From a virus (Duplodnaviria > Caudoviricetes), in the IMG/VR virus record IMGVR_UViG_3300032225_001437, positions 32,001-96,000 of that record: DNA of 64,000 bases. One strand, given 5' to 3'. Within the stretch, counting starts at the first letter, position 1, and each line of letters begins with the position of its first letter. The notes beneath the pieces were generated by a model. The model was not told where the DNA came from and ran no database searches. It saw only the letters and a list, made by a program, of their open reading frames with translations. Of this stretch, positions 25,027 to 33,645 are shown in pieces. A program made the translations under genes and the position numbers.

Positions 25027-26063
25027 AATTTTAACCAGCGATCATTCTTTAATGTCCAAGAGACCATTTGTTCAATTCTAGTATCAAAACTATATTTGGG
25101 TTCCCAACCTAGCTTTTTCATATATTCACCGCTGAGAGCGTAACGAAAATCGTGGCCTGGACGTTGTGTATCGTAGCCAACCATTGTGTATTTTAATTCT
25201 TTGCCCAGTATGTCGGCAATCTTTTGTGCTACATCAAAATTACTAACTTCCTGTTGCCCTACAATATTAAATTTAGGACAAGTAGCCCCACCAAAATCAT
25301 CAGCAAGCGGAAAACCTCGGTGTGGCAACGCCATGATAAACATTGTAGCATCGGCTACATCTGCTGCATGAACCCAATGACGTAAGCCACTCCGGGTACC
25401 AGTTTCCTCATCGCAATGAATAGAAACTGGTTCACCTGCTAGAATCTTACGCATAGCAATACCAATAAACTTTTCTGGTAGTTGACGTTCACCAAACACA
25501 TTCATTGTATGTGTGCAGTAGATGGGCATGCCAAATGTATTTTCGTAGGCCACACACAGTTCTTCTGCACCGGCTTTGGTCGCTGAATAAGGACTGCGAC
25601 TGTTGTAGCGATCGTATTCCTTGTATTCTACACCGTCAGGGGCTGAACCAAATACCTCGTCGGTACCAAAGTTAATAAATTTTTCTAAGTTAGGCAGGTA
25701 ACGTCTAGCATAGTCCAACAGGTTACAAGTGCCGACCACATTGTCTTGCACAAACAACATGGGATTTTCGATACTACGAGTAACATGGCTACCTGCGGCC
25801 ATATGGATAATAGTGTCTACTGGACCAATTTGTGCGGCCAGTTGCGGATTGATTTCAGCACGAAGATCATGATAAATTACTCGCAATCGACTCATAGCGT
25901 CAGTTCCAAACTCTTGACTTAGTTCGTGTAAACGATTTAAATTTCCTGAGAAATCTAGTCGATCCATGCTGATAATATTGTATTGTTCGTGCTTGAGAAG
26001 TCGACGAATCATATGGTGACCAATAAAGCCAGCACCCCCGGTTACTAATACTGTCTTTTGCAT
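25023..26063 (-). CDS. rmlB: dTDP-glucose 4,6-dehydratase-like SDR
   Basis: TGGAGFIG, AAGSHV, TDEVFG, YSATK, RPGHDFRY. Confidence 0.9.
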   Translation of the reverse strand: MQKTVLVTGGAGFIGHHMIRRLLKHEQYNIISMDRLDFSGNLNRLHELSQEFGTDAMSRLRVIYHDLRAEINPQLAAQIGPVDTIIHMAAGSHVTRSIENPMLFVQDNVVGTCNLLDYARRYLPNLEKFINFGTDEVFGSAPDGVEYKEYDRYNSRSPYSATKAGAEELCVAYENTFGMPIYCTHTMNVFGERQLPEKFIGIAMRKILAGEPVSIHCDEETGTRSGLRHWVHAADVADATMFIMALPHRGFPLADDFGGATCPKFNIVGQQEVSNFDVAQKIADILGKELKYTMVGYDTQRPGHDFRYALSGEYMKKLGWEPKYSFDTRIEQMVSWTLKNDRWLKL

Positions 26064-26884
26064 TATTGAGTCCTTATTTGAAATTGTCGCATTTGATTAT
26101 TTGGATCATTCTTACGTAGATTTTCCCATGGATCTTGTTGTTGCAACTTAACACGATCCCACCAGTCTGAAGACACGCCTATACTTTTTAAGTGGGTATG
26201 TATTTTTTCAACTTCTGCTATGCGTAAGGCTGATACAGACGGATTATGAAAATCTCTAGGGTTACTAGGATTACCTTCCAGCAACTCGCGTTGTTTAAAA
26301 GTAGCATCTAGATTGTTACCAGTAAGATCAGCACGATCATGTAGGACCTGAATCTCAATTCTTTCCCAAATATCTACTAGGTATGCAATTTGACTCAACC
26401 AGGCATCGGTCATGCTGTGTAAACTCAAATGTCCAATAAGATCCAACCAAGCCCTGGGCACTATAGGAAATATACTGTAAGGATGATCGTTATGTGTATG
26501 CACAGCCAGCAATTTAAACTCGCCGGTGTGTTTGACAATTTCAAGATCCCAGTCTTGGCTCTCCATCAGTGCATCATCATTCCAGAAAAATATCCAGTCT
26601 GCATCTGAGTTTTTACTCAAGGTATTGATGTATTCGTTAAGACGACTGTATCCCAGCGGTTCAAATGTCATGGCAGTGTATGACACTTCCATCTTATCCA
26701 GTTGAGGTTGCAACGATTCTTGAAAATGGGCGATACCTACAGTGTCATCGACGTCCAGTCCCAACAACACTTGTATTGTGTCTAGATCTGCGGCTTTTTC
26801 AAGTAGGCCAACTAGACTATTTGTCAGTGCTGTGGTGCGACCTCGGGTGGGCAATACGATTGCTATTTTGTATTCATGTGGCAT
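26063..26884 (-). CDS. glycosyltransferase family 2-like protein
   Basis: IVLPTRGR, FWNDD, W+D motif region. Confidence 0.75.
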   Translation of the reverse strand: MPHEYKIAIVLPTRGRTTALTNSLVGLLEKAADLDTIQVLLGLDVDDTVGIAHFQESLQPQLDKMEVSYTAMTFEPLGYSRLNEYINTLSKNSDADWIFFWNDDALMESQDWDLEIVKHTGEFKLLAVHTHNDHPYSIFPIVPRAWLDLIGHLSLHSMTDAWLSQIAYLVDIWERIEIQVLHDRADLTGNNLDATFKQRELLEGNPSNPRDFHNPSVSALRIAEVEKIHTHLKSIGVSSDWWDRVKLQQQDPWENLRKNDPNNQMRQFQIRTQ

Positions 26885-26933
26885 AGTGCGAATATTTATA
26901 TGCGCCGTTTATTCAGCGATAATTTGTTGTTCA

Positions 26934-27082
26934 TTACCAATGCCTTGCAACACCGGCAATTATAAACAAATTGGTAACAAAATAGGATACTACAATAAAA
27001 GTACGAACCAGTGCCACTAAGTGGCACCGGACTTTTCTCCTAGCGCCTTGGCCCAAAGACGCCAATAGTGTTTAACCTTCGT
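26934..27082 (-). pseudogene. disrupted small membrane-protein gene
   Basis: WRLWAKALGEKSGAT* then, in another frame, VALVRTFIVVSYFVTNLFIIAGVARHW*; the start is ACG; the break lies at the palindrome GTGCCACT-A-AGTGGCAC. Confidence 0.6.
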
Positions 27083-27521
27083 AGATAGCCGAGTTGGCAC
27101 CGTGTTCTGCACATTCTACCCTGACGCAATAGCAACGACCGTTGGTCTTTTCTCTAATTAATTGATCAGCAAAACGGAAAGCATGTTCAGCAAACTTTTC
27201 TGCACCTACACCATCAAAGATACGTATCTCTGCTAGATCCAATTTTTCTAATTCTAGAAATTTGAGCAAGTGCGGATCTGCCTTGTCCAATGCTAACTTG
27301 TGATCAAAGTGATCTTCCAACCAGGCTTTGAGCGGTTTGAGTCCGCCAAAGTCCACTGCCCAGTTCTTGTTGTCTAGTGTATCGCAGCCAAATGTAAATG
27401 TGAACGCTAGACTGTAGCCATGTAGCAAGTGACAGTGACTGTGATCTGCATTGGGTTGACGGAATACTGCTGACAGACCAATGTTGTGTCCGTAATGCTT
27501 TGTTGAATAATACTTTGCCAT
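27072..27521 (-). CDS. queD: 6-carboxy-5,6,7,8-tetrahydropterin synthase
   Basis: SHCHLLHGY, VDFGGLK, FDHK, AEKFAE, EHGANSA. Confidence 0.9.
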   Translation of the reverse strand: MAKYYSTKHYGHNIGLSAVFRQPNADHSHCHLLHGYSLAFTFTFGCDTLDNKNWAVDFGGLKPLKAWLEDHFDHKLALDKADPHLLKFLELEKLDLAEIRIFDGVGAEKFAEHAFRFADQLIREKTNGRCYCVRVECAEHGANSAIYEG

Positions 27522-27524
27522 TAT

Positions 27525-27594
27525 AATTCTCCTATGTTAGATTATAGCATAGGCGGCAGAATTTATAAAGCGGGATGAACGCCAAAGACCGCTG
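27525..27594 (-). promoter_or_regulatory. riboswitch-like pseudoknot plus SD-sequestering hairpin in the queD leader
   Basis: AGCGG/CCGCT stem, loop TGGCG pairing with downstream TGCCG, A/U-rich linker; a CCTATG/CATAGG hairpin covers AGGAG. Confidence 0.6.
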
Positions 27595-27597
27595 GGT

Positions 27598-27843
27598 TTA
27601 TTTTTTCTTGCTTGGCGCCGATTTTCTAGCTGACTTGGTTTCTGCGACATCAGTTGCATTGGCTGATTTGATCAATTGTTCCACTGTGTCAAGAGCCTCG
27701 GTAGTAGCAAACATTTGCCAAAGTTGATTGCCAGTGGCATCAATGGGAGAAAACTTGAATTCAATTACTGAATCGTTTTTTAGTTGTAGTTGTATGGTTC
27801 GGTCTTGTGGCGTATTTAAATTTACTGTGCGTAGGTTTGTCAT
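27598..27843 (-). CDS. hypothetical protein
   Basis: ORF track. Confidence 0.6.
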   Translation of the reverse strand: MTNLRTVNLNTPQDRTIQLQLKNDSVIEFKFSPIDATGNQLWQMFATTEALDTVEQLIKSANATDVAETKSARKSAPSKKK

Positions 27844-27867
27844 CTTGCGTCTTTCGTTATATTGAAT

Positions 27868-28026
27868 CTATTTATTATCTTTATTTGTGGCGGTAGTGTT
27901 TGCAGATTGAACTTCAGCCTTGTCAAACACAGGATTGATGTATGGTTCTACCACTGTCTTTTGTGCAACTCCCCAACCAACTGCTGTGAAAAAACCAACC
28001 ACTATCCATGTTCCAATTAACACCAT
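27868..28026 (-). CDS. 52-aa membrane protein
   Basis: MVLIGTWIVVGFFTAVGWGVAQKTVVEPYI... Confidence 0.55.
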   Translation of the reverse strand: MVLIGTWIVVGFFTAVGWGVAQKTVVEPYINPVFDKAEVQSANTTATNKDNK

Positions 28027-28048
28027 TTTACCATTGCCTTTTTAATAA

Positions 28049-30667
28049 TTAAAACGTGTATCTGTATTCGGACATTGCGCGATACTGTCCTGTTTGTGTA
28101 ACCATTCCTGATAATCTATAACTGTTATTTCGATCAATGACCCCAGTGTATAGCGCACGAACGTATGGTGTAGTTTGACTCACAACGCCCATCTTAGTGT
28201 TAGTATATACTACATTGCCTGCATTGTCAACACCGGTCGGTATAGTAGCGGTTATATTACCACTCAATACTACCGGTTTCACTCCTACATAAACACCAAG
28301 GTCTCCAAATCCTGCTTCGTTGTACCTGTAACCGGTTTCGGTCCATGCTGCCATGATTGGACTCACATCGGTTATGATACCAGATTTGAAATTGGTAGTG
28401 GTCATCATAACGGCACCTTGCACACTAAACCGATCCTTTCGATAAGTCATTACTTGTTCTATGGTGCTACTATTATTGACTGCACCAAACGACCCAGTAA
28501 AGTTTAGCCACGGATTGGTATTCAAACTGGTAAACTGTGTGCCGGTAGAAAAGTTACCACTTCTATAAATTTCTGGTAAACCAAAACTCCATTGTGTTGG
28601 TCGAGGCACACCTATATACATACCTTGTGCTGATTGATCACCAAATTCTTTTGGTAGGGGAGGAGGACCAATGGTGTTGAATTGATTACGAGTTTCGGCT
28701 CCTAATCGCATGGCCATTCCTTGCTGGTTATACACAGTATTGGTGTTGCCATTTAACATATACTCAGTATGACTGCTAAGATTGTATTGATCAATGTGTT
28801 CTGTGTTGACAGTAAAACTGTTAGGCCCAACTGAGCTAGTGGTGCCAAAATTCAAACTATAGTTACGTCCAATGGAATCAAATGCCTGCATCTGATTAAG
28901 ACCCGACATGTTGACGCCAGCAACGCCACCAGTTAATCCACTTAACGGTATAGTACCCGATCGGGTAGTAATATTCAGTGCGCCCACCGGATTCAATAAT
29001 TTATCAGGATTTAAAACTAGGCCTGTGCCAGCATCGGTCATGTAACTGCTAGAAGTTTGCGCTAGAACCTGATTGACCTGCGCCGGACTCATCCATGGCC
29101 ATGTTGCCTTGACAGCGTTGAATGCAGCCTGAGCTGTGGTAGTGCTTACATTGGCTCCTACCAGACTCAAATAAGTGGCCATTCTTACTGGACTTGTAGC
29201 ATCGGACTGATACTGTAGTGTAGATACTAGATATAAATTTTTACTGGAATCTTTGACCACAGCCACTTGGTTACCAACGTTTACACTGCCAGCGATCAAA
29301 TTAGCTTGGCTAGCAAAGTCAGTAATAATATTTTGGAATGCCGCCACATAAGGGCCTGTGGCACTTTGTTTAATTAAAAATTGTGTGCTGCTATTTGTTC
29401 CAGACCAATCAGTTCCGCTTACAATCATACTCTTAAATCCATTACCGAGATCCACAAACTGTGGACGGTAAGTGCCGTAGGTATTGGTATTGTAACCTTT
29501 GAGCATGGTTGCGGTTACATCAGTGAAGTTGCCTGTGCCATCATTTTGTAAAAACTGTATTGCCGATTGTTTTACACCACCGCTGGTACCGGGCGAGCTA
29601 AACAAGATCAAACTTTGATTGCCACTGGCATTAAAATCATAATTTATAACCAGGTAATTGTGACTGCTATTGCCCAGTATCGGTGCTGGTAAATCTTTTG
29701 CCCAATTGATGCTGAGTTTGTTGGTGACTGGATCTATTTCCCAGGTATACATTTTGGTAGTGCTACTGCCACAGCCATTCCATCCGGTGTCACCAATGCA
29801 GGCTCTACTGTCGGTGGCCACTAACTGAGTTTTTCCATTATTTAAAAAGTCAGCGGCTGCGATACTTGAGGTGCCCCAAAACAGATCGTTGTTGCCTCGA
29901 GCTTGATATACCGTAAAACCGTTTACACGGTTGTTCATTAAGAATGTGGTGTTAGGACCGTAGTCGGTGATAATAGCATCTTGCCAACCGGTTTTGGTCA
30001 AGTCAGCCATTGTAGTGCCGTGACCCCATACTTGTGCGCCAAGTTCTATAGTGCTACGAGTAAATTGGCTTCCGTTGTTTCGGAACAACCAGGCTTGGCT
30101 AGATCCAGTTGGACCGTAGTAGTTCATGTCAGTAGACGCACTGACCAGCATGTCGGTTCGGCCCGATTTAAAAAAGTCTGCAAACTGGATATTAGGGTCT
30201 GTTCCTAAAATTGAATTACTACCGGCAGTAAACCAAGTGGCGGTATCGTTGACAAAACTTCCATTTTTCCATGTGAACAATTGTATGCTACTGTTGACCC
30301 ACTCGCTACTGGTAGCTGGTTGACTCATACGTCCGGCTACAATCATGCTGTCAGCACCGTTGCCGGTCAAGTCGTTTACTACATATTGTTGACTTACCGC
30401 AGTTTTGGTTGAATCTGTAGTATAAGGATTAAATTCACTGACTTTGGTAGGAGTAGCATAAGGAACAGTGGTGCGAGAGCCCGGAGTAAATCCGTAATTA
30501 GATAATGTGCCAGACCCGTAATACGGATTGTCAGGTTTGGTATAAGATGGAGTAGGATTACCAGGCGAACCACCTCCGCCACCACCACCTCCACAGGCTG
30601 TAAGAAAGAAAACAGTTGATACAGCAATAGCTATAGACGTTTGTCTAATTATACGCTGTTTTTTCAT
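28049..30667 (-). CDS. large lipoprotein with FG-GAP/VCBS-like repeats and a putative C-terminal beta-barrel
   Basis: Lipobox LTAC plus poly-Gly; repeats DLTGNGADS, DFFKSGRTD, DLTKTGWQD, DFLNNGKTQ, DFNASGNQS; ends YRYTF. Confidence 0.75.
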   Translation of the reverse strand: MKKQRIIRQTSIAIAVSTVFFLTACGGGGGGGGSPGNPTPSYTKPDNPYYGSGTLSNYGFTPGSRTTVPYATPTKVSEFNPYTTDSTKTAVSQQYVVNDLTGNGADSMIVAGRMSQPATSSEWVNSSIQLFTWKNGSFVNDTATWFTAGSNSILGTDPNIQFADFFKSGRTDMLVSASTDMNYYGPTGSSQAWLFRNNGSQFTRSTIELGAQVWGHGTTMADLTKTGWQDAIITDYGPNTTFLMNNRVNGFTVYQARGNNDLFWGTSSIAAADFLNNGKTQLVATDSRACIGDTGWNGCGSSTTKMYTWEIDPVTNKLSINWAKDLPAPILGNSSHNYLVINYDFNASGNQSLILFSSPGTSGGVKQSAIQFLQNDGTGNFTDVTATMLKGYNTNTYGTYRPQFVDLGNGFKSMIVSGTDWSGTNSSTQFLIKQSATGPYVAAFQNIITDFASQANLIAGSVNVGNQVAVVKDSSKNLYLVSTLQYQSDATSPVRMATYLSLVGANVSTTTAQAAFNAVKATWPWMSPAQVNQVLAQTSSSYMTDAGTGLVLNPDKLLNPVGALNITTRSGTIPLSGLTGGVAGVNMSGLNQMQAFDSIGRNYSLNFGTTSSVGPNSFTVNTEHIDQYNLSSHTEYMLNGNTNTVYNQQGMAMRLGAETRNQFNTIGPPPLPKEFGDQSAQGMYIGVPRPTQWSFGLPEIYRSGNFSTGTQFTSLNTNPWLNFTGSFGAVNNSSTIEQVMTYRKDRFSVQGAVMMTTTNFKSGIITDVSPIMAAWTETGYRYNEAGFGDLGVYVGVKPVVLSGNITATIPTGVDNAGNVVYTNTKMGVVSQTTPYVRALYTGVIDRNNSYRLSGMVTQTGQYRAMSEYRYTF

Positions 30668-30700
30668 ATAGTTACTCTAAGAATAATTGATCATACAACT

Positions 30701-30729
30701 ATTATAGCAAATAACTATTTTTGGGTCAA
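30701..30729 (-). promoter_or_regulatory. sigma70-type early promoter (TTGACC family)
   Basis: TTGACC-N17-TATAAT. Confidence 0.8.
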
Positions 30730-31052
30730 TCTCGCGTTAGATACTGTAGTTTATTGGCAACACCGGACCATGTTTTATGTTCGGGCATGGATTCCTTGGA
30801 CTTGGTTAGAGGTTTCCATAATCGAGCCAGTTCGGCATTAATTTCAACAAATTGTTTTTGGTCCTCTGGAACATCATCAAGAGCATAGATAGCATTTTCG
30901 GGGCATTCTGGAACGCATACGGCACAGTCAATGCATCCATCAGGATCGATTGCTAGAAAGTTTGGACCTTCTACAAAACAATCCACTGGACAAACATCTA
31001 CGCAATCAGTATGCTTACAAAGAATACATCCTTCTGTTACAACATAAGTCAT
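30726..31052 (-). CDS. fdxA: 7Fe ferredoxin
   Basis: MTYVVTEGCILCKHTDCVDVCPVDCF...CIDCAVCVPECP. Confidence 0.95.
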   Translation of the reverse strand: MTYVVTEGCILCKHTDCVDVCPVDCFVEGPNFLAIDPDGCIDCAVCVPECPENAIYALDDVPEDQKQFVEINAELARLWKPLTKSKESMPEHKTWSGVANKLQYLTRD

Positions 31053-31273
31053 GCTCGTTGTCCTTGCAACCATGCATCCACACGCTGTTCGGCTTCGTCT
31101 TGACTCATGGCCGGAACGGTAATCTCTACCGGACCTCCTAAAACATGGTTCATGTTATACGGAATTGGATTACCATTAAAAATAATTTCTTCTATGTCTC
31201 GAAATACCAAAAACTCTTGTAGGTTTTTAGCACGGTTAATAAGTTGATCTGCTTGATCTTTTGCGTTGGTCAT
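31049..31273 (-). CDS. hypothetical protein
   Basis: Overlaps the flanking genes by 4 nt. Confidence 0.7.
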   Translation of the reverse strand: MTNAKDQADQLINRAKNLQEFLVFRDIEEIIFNGNPIPYNMNHVLGGPVEITVPAMSQDEAEQRVDAWLQGQRA

Positions 31274-32046
31274 CTTGGGGCAAAGTCCTGTTGTAGTTTA
31301 ATATTGTCCATGAACTCTTTCTTGGTTCCAGAGTCTGTAGCAAAGCTACCTTTTAATACTGTGGTCTGTGTTAAACTTGAATGGGCCATGATGCCACGAT
31401 TTTCACAACATCCGTGAACTGCTTGTATGTAAACACCGACGTTTTCTGATTCTGTAGCCCGCATTATTTCTCTTGCGATGTCGTTACATAGTTCTTCTTG
31501 AAGTGTGCCACGACGAGCACACCACTGAGCGATCCTAGTATATTTAGACAGGCCAATAAGTTTATTAGCGGCGATGATTCCGATGTAAGCAACACCAGAC
31601 ACAGGCTGATGATGGTGACTGCACATAGAACGCAATTCGCTACGAACAACAAGCATACCTTCGTATCTATCTTCTGAATCATTTGGAAAAGCTGTTGCAT
31701 CTGGTGCTGGATCATATCGACCTCCCATAATTTCGTTAAAATACATTTTAGCAAGGCGACGTGCTGTGCCCTTTGAGTTAGGATCGTTTTCACGATCAAT
31801 TAGTAATCGATCCAATACAGTTTCAAATGCTTCTGCAGCTTCGTTGATTAGAATTTCCTTGTCACCTTCGTGCAAGTAATCACTGATGTTGTCACCTGCC
31901 CAGAATCGTTTGTTATCACGCTTCATTGCAAAACGAATAGCATCGCCTAGATAACCTTCTTGATAATCTTTGTCGCTCATCATCACAGCGGCATCTTCGT
32001 AGCCAGGATGATACGGTGCTTCTTCTACTAATTTTTTATTTGTCAT
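31270..32046 (-). CDS. folE: GTP cyclohydrolase I
   Basis: SMCSHHHQP, IGLSKYTRI, LQEEL, HGCCENRG. Confidence 0.95.
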   Translation of the reverse strand: MTNKKLVEEAPYHPGYEDAAVMMSDKDYQEGYLGDAIRFAMKRDNKRFWAGDNISDYLHEGDKEILINEAAEAFETVLDRLLIDRENDPNSKGTARRLAKMYFNEIMGGRYDPAPDATAFPNDSEDRYEGMLVVRSELRSMCSHHHQPVSGVAYIGIIAANKLIGLSKYTRIAQWCARRGTLQEELCNDIAREIMRATESENVGVYIQAVHGCCENRGIMAHSSLTQTTVLKGSFATDSGTKKEFMDNIKLQQDFAPR

Positions 32047-32120
32047 TGTTTCTCCGAGTTATTAAGGTCGAGGATGACCAGTCTTGTTACTATTATAACA
32101 GTTATTTAGATTTAAATCAA
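32047..32120 (-). promoter_or_regulatory. folE promoter and small structured leader
   Basis: TTGATT-N17-TATAAT with an embedded TAAATA; hairpin GGTC-ATCCTC-GACC before the CTCGGAG SD. Confidence 0.55.
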
Positions 32121-32695
32121 TATTTAAATGGAATTTTCCTACAATCAGGATAAATGCCAGGTTGTGCTTTGGGTTCTATTGTTGGTAATAGTTCTAACCC
32201 TTTGACACATAGTTCTAATGTTGGGCAATAATGCCATCCTAATATCAGATCTGTTTCTTTTTCCCAAGGGACATTTAGATCTCTACCATCACTGCGCTGG
32301 CGGCTAAACAACTGGTATGCTTCTGAATCGTCTAGTAGTATAGCACCTGCCTTGCCTAGCTGTAATGGTTTGGTCCAACCAAAACTCAAACATTGCATAG
32401 CGCCAGGTCGATACATGTTACGTTCTAGTCTACGGGCACTATCCCAAATCCGTGTGTTCTTAAAATGATATTCTCCGGTCCACACTTCGTCTAGCATGGT
32501 ATATTCTATTCCCAGATGTGTCAATGCCATTGGCACACTGAGATAGGTATAGGCTGAAAACTGACATTCTTTGACTTGCTCGTAACGCATACACAGCTCA
32601 ATGGCATGTGTGCAACCATCAGTTACAACTACGTATGGAGCGCCAGTGTATTCAGCCAGCGCCGATTCAAAATCAAATAGGGCCTTAAAGCTCAT
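32117..32695 (-). CDS. DegT/DnrJ-family PLP aminotransferase-like protein (short)
   Basis: FESALAEYTGAPYVV..DGCTHA, DSA, CLSFGWTKPL..G.AG. Confidence 0.8.
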   Translation of the reverse strand: MSFKALFDFESALAEYTGAPYVVVTDGCTHAIELCMRYEQVKECQFSAYTYLSVPMALTHLGIEYTMLDEVWTGEYHFKNTRIWDSARRLERNMYRPGAMQCLSFGWTKPLQLGKAGAILLDDSEAYQLFSRQRSDGRDLNVPWEKETDLILGWHYCPTLELCVKGLELLPTIEPKAQPGIYPDCRKIPFKY

Positions 32696-33645
32696 CGATT
32701 ATACCAAGCCCATACATGTTGAATAATGTCATTCAAGTCAAATTTTGGTTGCCATGAACTTACACTTAAAAACTTAGCAGGATCGGCGGTGAGCTGAGCT
32801 GGATCACCGGCTCGTTGAGCACCAACCACAACTTCTATACGCTGGCCTGTGATTGCTCTTGCTGTGTCAATAATTTGAGCGTTACTGAATCCTTTGGCCG
32901 TGCCTAGGTTGTAAATATCACTGGGTATAGATCGATCCATGGCTTGAATATGTGCATCGGCCAAGTCTTCCACATGTATATAATCTCTTACGCAGGTACC
33001 ATCCGCTGTAGGGTAATCAGTGCCGTACAATGTAAAAGGTAGTTGATCACGCATAGATTCCAACACACGGGCAATAATGTGTGTAGCGCCTGGTGCTTGC
33101 CCGTGTCTGGCTTGACTGTCGGCACCGCAGGCATTGAAGTATCTAAAACTTACAAAGTCTAGCCCATATGCACGTTGATAACTTTTTAACATCCAATCAA
33201 TCATTAATTTGCTTTGACCATACGGGCTAATTGGCTCAGTAGGATCTACCTCCTGCACCGGAGTCATGATAGGATTGCCGTACGTGGCAGCACTGCTACT
33301 AAAAATAACTCTAACTCGTTTGTCGTGATATTTAACCAGGTAGTCTAATAGAATTTTGGTCTTGACAAAGTTATTATCGTAGTATTCTTCTGGGTCTTCG
33401 ACACTGGGACCAACTAGGCTGGTACCAGCACAATGAACAATAGCATCAGGACAAAATCTTTTGATTGAATCTAATCCTATCTCACCAGAATAATCACCAG
33501 TGTGCCACTGACATGGGACAGGAATCAAATGCCCAGGTGGCATTACTCGATCAATGGCCAGCACATCGTGGCCAGCATCTACTAACTTTAATAGTGTTTC
33601 GCCACCAATGAACCCTGCGGCACCAGTAACTACAACCTTGCTCAT
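32692..33645 (-). CDS. galE: UDP-glucose 4-epimerase
   Basis: TGAAGFIG, SSSAATYG, YGQSK, RYFNACGA, DGTCVRDYIHV. Confidence 0.92.
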   Translation of the reverse strand: MSKVVVTGAAGFIGGETLLKLVDAGHDVLAIDRVMPPGHLIPVPCQWHTGDYSGEIGLDSIKRFCPDAIVHCAGTSLVGPSVEDPEEYYDNNFVKTKILLDYLVKYHDKRVRVIFSSSAATYGNPIMTPVQEVDPTEPISPYGQSKLMIDWMLKSYQRAYGLDFVSFRYFNACGADSQARHGQAPGATHIIARVLESMRDQLPFTLYGTDYPTADGTCVRDYIHVEDLADAHIQAMDRSIPSDIYNLGTAKGFSNAQIIDTARAITGQRIEVVVGAQRAGDPAQLTADPAKFLSVSSWQPKFDLNDIIQHVWAWYNR

